Assembly: GCF_040938485.1 (NCBI RefSeq)
Contig: NW_027271782.1
Coordinates: forward strand, 620,001 to 684,000
Reading direction: 5' to 3'
Source of the DNA: Diadema antillarum
Taxonomy: Eukaryota
DNA: 64,000 bases
Part shown: positions 59,063-64,000 of the stretch, one piece after another
Position numbering within the stretch: position 1 is the first letter of the stretch
Layout of the letters: each line of letters begins with the position of its first letter
Notes under the pieces: generated by a model
What the model saw: the letters and a program-made list of their open reading frames with translations, nothing else
What the model was told of the DNA's origin: nothing
Database searches by the model: none
Position numbers and translations under genes: made by a program

Positions 59063-60099
59063 GTAAGCACTGTGACGACTGGAATTCACAGTTGTTTCAC
59101 ATTTGCGCCAACTTAATGTTATATTGGAGTTTTACTATAATGTGTTGCTGAGTTATAGATTTGGAACGTTACAAGTCACGTGTGATGCGCTTAATTTGTA
59201 TGTTGAACTACTGTTGTTGTTTTTATGATTCAGTGGAAGATAGAAAGTACGTTCTTTCGATAATTACAAAGCTACTCTACTCCACACCATAGAAAAAGAC
59301 AATCAATGGCTAGTCCAAACCTGCATGACGAACACCTTTCGCGCATTGACACTTTTCCCTACATTTTTGTGTCAGAAAAAAAAGAGAAAAACCCTTAATT
59401 CATGTTAGCAATGAGGATTCATTCCAAGATACTCCGTTTAAGAGAAGCGAAACGAAAGGAGGGTTTATTCTCTCATCCTCTGCATGGTTTTCTTGACATA
59501 GTCGTTCGACAAATGAGAGAAAGATACTTGGATTGCACATTTAGACATCTGCAACATGACGAGTTTTGAACAATTTTTTTTTTAGTCTTGTTTTGATTTC
59601 CAGTGAGGTTCTGATTTTTTATTAGTTTTGTCTGAAAAAAAAAAACCGAAATGGGGATAATTCTATGAAATTATAGACAGGGCTGCACACTAACCCATTT
59701 TTTCTGCCGGTCCAACCTGTCTCTGTCGGACCGGTAAATGCCCCGTTTTACCATTTTTTGCCGGTCCGAACAGAAAATTTACCGGTCAACAACAACAACC
59801 TAAAAAAAACATTAAATGACTTGCAAACTTATTTTCTTGTTTTTTATGGACGTACCCCCACCCCACCCGTGTACATTTTACAGATTAATATTTTTTTTTT
59901 AAACTTGCATTATTTATTGCACAAAAAAAAATTTAAAAAAAAGATAGGAAAAAATAGAATGTTTGTTTGTGAATTACAGTGTAAAATGATAATGAACAAA
60001 ATCAGATTGTATCAAATGCGTTTGTGACTTTTTCTAAACATCGGCACACGAACTTGCTGCGTAACCTGCTCTTGGTGGTCAGTTGGATTGCGACGATTT

Positions 60100-62670
60100 A
60101 ATGAATTATTTTAGCTGTGATATTTTCTGATGCACGCGCTACAAGGGGTTCTTTATTTTTCTCCCGATAATCTATTCGCATTTGTGCATGCCTTCTTGAA
60201 AGGTACACGACATGCAGGGCCGAATTCGCGATCCTTTTTGCGCCCATTTCCACCTCAAATATTAGCGGGATTGTGACGATTTCATGAATTACTTCGGCTG
60301 TAATATTTTCTGATGCAAGCGCCAAAAGAGGTTGAAAATGTGTCCTTTATTTTTTCCCGACAAACTCTTCGAATTTCGTAAGTGCGTTCTTACAGATGTT
60401 CCACACAGCCGAATTCATGATACTTTTTGCGCCTATTTCTACCTTAAATATCAGCGGAATTGTGGCGATTTCATAAATTGCTTTGGCTGTAATCTTTTAT
60501 GATGCACGCGCCAAAAGGGGTTGAAAATGTGTCCTTTGTTTTTACCCAATAAACTCTTCGAATTTCGTAAGTGCGTTCTTACAGATGTTCCACACAGCCG
60601 AATTCATGATACTTTTTGCGCCTATTTCTACCTCAAATATCAGCGGAATTGTGGCAATTTCACATATTACTTCGGATGTAACTTTTTGTGATGCACGCAC
60701 CGGCAAGAATGGTTAAAAATGCGTTCTTTATTTTTCTCCCCATAATCTCTTCGCATTCCGTACATGCGTTCTACGACACGGCCGAATTCACGATCATTTT
60801 TGCGCCTATTTCTACCTCAAATATCAGCGGGATTGCGATGATTTCATGAATAACTTCGGCAGTAATCTTTTATGATAAACGCGCCAAAATGGGTTGAAAA
60901 TGTGTCCTTTATTTTTCCCGGATAAACTCTTCGCATTTCGTAATGCGTTCTAAACAGATATACGACACGGCCAAAAATCATGATTCTTTTTGCGCCTATT
61001 GTTTCCTCAAACTTCAACGGGATTGCGATGATTTCATGAATTATTATTCGGCCGTAATCTTTATGATGCACGGGCCAAAAGGGGTTGAAAATGTGTCCTG
61101 TATTTTTCTCCCAATAATCTCTTCGCATGTCGTACATGCGGAAACGACACGGCTGAATTCACGATCCTTTTATCGTCTATTTCTACATTAAATATCAGAC
61201 GAATTGTGGCAAGTTCATGAATTACTTCAGATGTAATCTTTTGTGATGCACGCACCAGCTAGAATGGTTGAAAATGCGTTCTTTATTTTTCTCCCCATAA
61301 TCTCTTCGCATTCCGTACATGCGTTCTTGAAAGGTATAAACGACATAAATGGCCGAATTCACGATCCTTTTTGCGCCTATTTCTACCTCAAGTATCAGCG
61401 GGATTGCGATGAGTTCATGTATGACTTCGGATGCGATCTTTTATGATACACGCGCCAAAAGGGGTTGAAAATGTGTCCTTTATTTTTCCCCGATAAACTC
61501 TTCGCATTTTGTAAATGCGTTCTTAAAAGATACACGACACGGCCAAAAATCATGATTCTTTTGCGCCTATCGTTTCCTCAAACTTCAAGGGATTGAGATG
61601 ATTTTATGAAATATCACTCGGCTCTATAATCTTTATGATGCACGGGCCAAAAGGGGTTGAAAATGTGTGCTGCATTTTTCACCCAATAATCACTTCGCAT
61701 TGCGTACATGCCTATACGTCACGGCCGAATTCACGGTCCTTTTAGCGCCTATTTCTACATCAAATATCAGCGGGATTACGATATGTCATTAATTATTTCG
61801 GCTGTAATCTTTTGTGATACATTCACCAGAAGGGTTGAAAATGCGTTCTTTATTTTTCTCCCGATAATTTCTTCGTATTTGGCGTTTTCAAAATTATACA
61901 TTGCATGCAGGGCCGAATTCGATATTCTTTTTGCGTCTATTATTGTTTACTCAAATTCCAACGGGATTGCGAAATTTTCATGAATTACTATTCGGCTGTA
62001 ATTTATATGATGCAAGCGCCAAAAGCGGTGAAAATGTGTCCTTTATTTTTCTCCCGCTAATCTTTTCCCATTTCGTACATGCGTTCTTATCTACAAGGTA
62101 TACGACACGACCGAATTCACGATCCTTTTTGCGCCTATTTCTATCACAAATATCAGCGGGATTGTGGCGATTTCATGAATTAATTCGGATGTAATCTTTT
62201 GTAATACACGCACCAGAAGGGTAAAAATGTCTTTTTTATTTTTCTCCCGATAATCTCGTCGCATTTGTGTATGCGTTTTTGATAACCAAGACGGCATGCA
62301 GGACTGAATTCAAGATCCTTTTTTTTTTTTGCGCCTATTATTTCCTCAAATTTCAACGGGATTGCGTTGATTTCATGAATTGTTATTCGGCTGTAATCGT
62401 TTATGATGCACTCACCAAAATGTGTCCTTTATTTTTTTTTTCTTTTTCTCCTCTATAATCTCTTCGCATTTCGTACATTATCTTTTGGAAGATACGACGC
62501 GGCCGGTCGAATTCATGATCCTTTTTGGGACGATTTCTACCTGAAATATGTAAGCGGGACTGCCATGATTTCATGATTTTTTTTTCTCCCTAGTATTATC
62601 TCTTCACATTTTGTGCATGCGTTCTTAAAAAGTACACGGAAGGGCCGATTTCGTGATCCTTTTTGCGCCT
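60100..62670. repeat. Tandem satellite, ~190-bp unit, ~13-14 diverged copies, inside the hAT-like element
   Basis: GAATTCA(C/T)GATC.TTTTTGCGCCTATTTCTACCTCAAATATCAGCGG... recurs at about 60222, 60411, 60600, 60784, 60973, 61156, 61355, 61545, 61727, 61915, 62114, 62306 and 62510. Confidence 0.9.
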
Positions 62671-63103
62671 ATCTTCGTTATGAGGACATTCTGAGCGAAT
62701 GAAAATATCAATTTGTAAAATGACTGTGCAAAATGAAAATAAACGCAATCAGATCCATTTACTCTATCGCTGAATATCGAATGTGTTTTTACTTTTTCTA
62801 AAAATCGACACAAGTAAATTAGTTCTAACATAACTGCCACGCTGCTGCGAAGCCGGGATCGGATCGATCTTGCGTTAAAAAATCATGAGTAAAATGACCC
62901 AGAAATGCGTGCGCTTCTTTCAATGCTTCTTGTCTGGCATGACCGCCGATCGCAAGCAAACGAGAAGCAGTTCCTTTGCATCGTTTGCTTTGCATGTATT
63001 GCATTGCATGGCAGTGCGTGAGCAGCGCCAAATGCGCAAGCGAGCGCGAATGTAACTGGTCGACTGCTAGTGCTCAAAACTACTACTAGTAGTATGTTTA
63101 CTG

Positions 63104-63272
63104 GGCCCTGTTTCATAAAGCTGTTCGTAAAGTTACGAACAACTTACGAGCGACTGGTGATCAGTTCTGATGTGCTGTACTTATCAGAATTTCCATAATT
63201 CAGCACAAGAACTGATCACCAGTCACTCGTAAGTCGTTCGTAACTTTACGAGCAGCTTTATGAAATACCCCC
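63104..63272. mobile_element. PIF/Harbinger-type MITE nested in the hAT-like element
   Basis: CTG duplication at 63101-63103 and 63273-63275. ~65-bp TIRs (TTTCATAAAGCTG.TCGTAAAGTTACGAAC.ACTTACGAG.GACTGGTGATCAGTTCT). Confidence 0.8.
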
Positions 63273-63611
63273 CTGTACAAATTGCACCGGTAGACATAAA
63301 CGAAAACTTGCGTAAAACTTGTTGAACAGTGCGATATCTTGCATTCTGTTTCTCCCTGATCGGGGCTGCTCTTTTCCTTTCTACTGACCCCACCAATGCT
63401 TTTTTTTTTTACTGGTCATGTCGGACCGATAACTTGTGGATTTCCTGAAAAGTTACCGGTCCGACAGTGACTTTTACCGGTCTTTGACCGTCGGACCGGC
63501 GCCAGTGTGCAGCCCTGTTATAGGTCAAGGGAATTCTGACAGCTTGAAAAATTTCTCATCAGAACTTCTACCACTCCCTTTACCGATTAAAAAGTAGTAG
63601 CTTTGCTAATT

Positions 63612-63850
63612 TGAATTCATTCATTCATTCATTTCATTTCGTTTTATTTCATTTCCAACAATCCAAAACATTTACGGTTACATGCACATAATAACACAAT
63701 ATCAATGCAATGTAGCAACGTAGAAAAACAATGTGAAATCAACAATAATACGCTTCAAGTTCTGATGATAACGAATTGAAGTAAAGTTGCAGGAAATGGA
63801 GGAGACATGCTGAAAAGCAAATCTTGTCTTTTGTAGTCTCCTCGTGGACA
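63612..63850 (-). mobile_element. 3' UTR/tail remnant of a CR1/L2-group LINE
   Basis: (TGAA/TGAAA)n tail on the minus strand near 63612-63652. Stem-loop at 63799-63843 has a loop nearly identical to that of the 19350-20440 LINE. Confidence 0.55.
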
Positions 63851-64000
63851 ATATGATGACTTACTGAATGTGTTTCAATGCTTTCATTAGTGATTGTAAT
63901 TCAATATTTCATGCTGGAGACGTCTGTAACTCAGGGCCATCGTGGCTATAATGGAGGGATGCAATTAGTACATTATGTCAATGTATAATATGAATTATGA

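Larger units (their letters stand above)
59678..63517. mobile_element. Non-autonomous hAT-like DNA transposon (3840 bp) in intron 1 of beta-tubulin C
   Basis: Perfect 14-bp TIR CAGGGCTGCACACT / AGTGTGCAGCCCTG. Clustered subterminal CCGGTCCG/CGGACCG motifs at both ends. Flanks TTATAGA / TTATAGG give a partial TSD. No transposase ORF. Confidence 0.85.

Noticed and set aside
60100-62670. CRISPR-like array or repeat-encoded protein
   Set aside because: Whole ~190-bp units are repeated with no unique spacers or cas genes, and the ORFs are short and interrupted. This is a eukaryotic satellite.
62920-63030. Minus-strand MQCNTCK as a hAT zinc-finger/transposase remnant
   Set aside because: Only a CxxC motif followed soon by a stop; insufficient evidence.

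Overview
AT-rich metazoan genomic DNA. The repeat landscape is echinoderm/sea-urchin-like, but that is an inference. No prokaryotic genes, rRNA, true tRNA or CRISPR array were found. Main content: (1) A tandem + strand beta-tubulin cluster. Two genes are complete (A: 42750-47573, 449 aa; B: 52540-54768, 451 aa; both have introns after codons 19 and 131). A third (C) is represented only by exon 1 (59006-59062). (2) A full-length RTE-clade LINE (1727-5126) with a 10-bp TSD, one frameshift and a structured 5'UTR, inserted into an older MITE. (3) Many non-autonomous DNA transposons (Kolobok-, Tc1/mariner-, MULE-, hAT- and Harbinger-like), including a 3.8-kb hAT-like element in intron 1 of gene C that carries a ~190-bp satellite with shifting higher-order periodicity and a nested MITE. 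(4) Decayed CR1/L2 and Tx1/L1 LINE relics, microsatellites and three N runs. The most notable observations are regulatory and structural: RFX X-box-like motifs around all three tubulin genes, a promoter footprint shared by A and B, patchy A/B identity suggesting gene conversion, a pseudoknot in the RTE 5'UTR, and a LINE 3' stem-loop with different stems but the same loop. I found no convincing evidence of a new biological system. A few unassigned exon candidates at 16-27 kb remain unresolved.
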